NCBI GenBank assembly: GCA_038321865.1
Contig: JBBQFH010000019.1
Span: 1-55,240 of the forward strand
DNA from: Gemmatimonadales bacterium
GTDB lineage: Bacteria > Gemmatimonadota > Gemmatimonadetes > Gemmatimonadales > GWC2-71-9
DNA length: 55,240 bases
Reading direction: 5' to 3'
Shown: in pieces, positions 55,231 to 55,240 of the stretch
How positions within the stretch are numbered: the first letter of the stretch is position 1
Layout of the letters: every line of letters begins with the position of its first letter
The notes under the pieces: generated by a model
What the model saw: only the letters and a program-made list of their open reading frames with translations
What the model was told of the DNA's origin: nothing
Database searches by the model: none
Program-made: the position numbers and the translations under genes

Positions 55231-55240
55231 CGGCGCCGTC

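Overview
High-GC (about 70% by eye), gene-dense bacterial chromosomal segment with roughly 68 CDSs. Lipoboxes, OmpA, TolC and Tat signals indicate a diderm. The gene mix suggests Gemmatimonadota, but this is an unverified inference. I found no rRNA, tRNA, CRISPR array, integrase or transposase. Content includes: the 3' end of a GH78 rhamnosidase; a class II UvrA; many small stress/detox genes (PhzF, three DinB-like, RidA, DUF1801/YdeI, VOC, GNAT, cupin); dctA followed by an APC permease broken by one in-frame TAG; an operon of four exported peptidases/amidohydrolases; a stand-alone LigD phosphoesterase with a histone-like tail, convergent with a class II photolyase; a class III PPK2; a four-repeat PPC-domain secreted protein; an ABC exporter; a cold-shock gene with a long leader containing a terminator-like hairpin; and a GbsR/MarR-TolC-MFP-RND efflux operon. 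The best candidate for an undescribed system is at 19864-21064. There, an AT-rich switch has two opposed near-consensus sigma70 promoters covered by repeated operator-like boxes. It drives leftward an unannotated 54-aa membrane peptide and rightward an XRE repressor coupled to an ImmA/IrrE-like protein whose HExxH motif reads HGLAH. No phage or ICE genes lie nearby. All calls come from motif reading only; no database searches were run.
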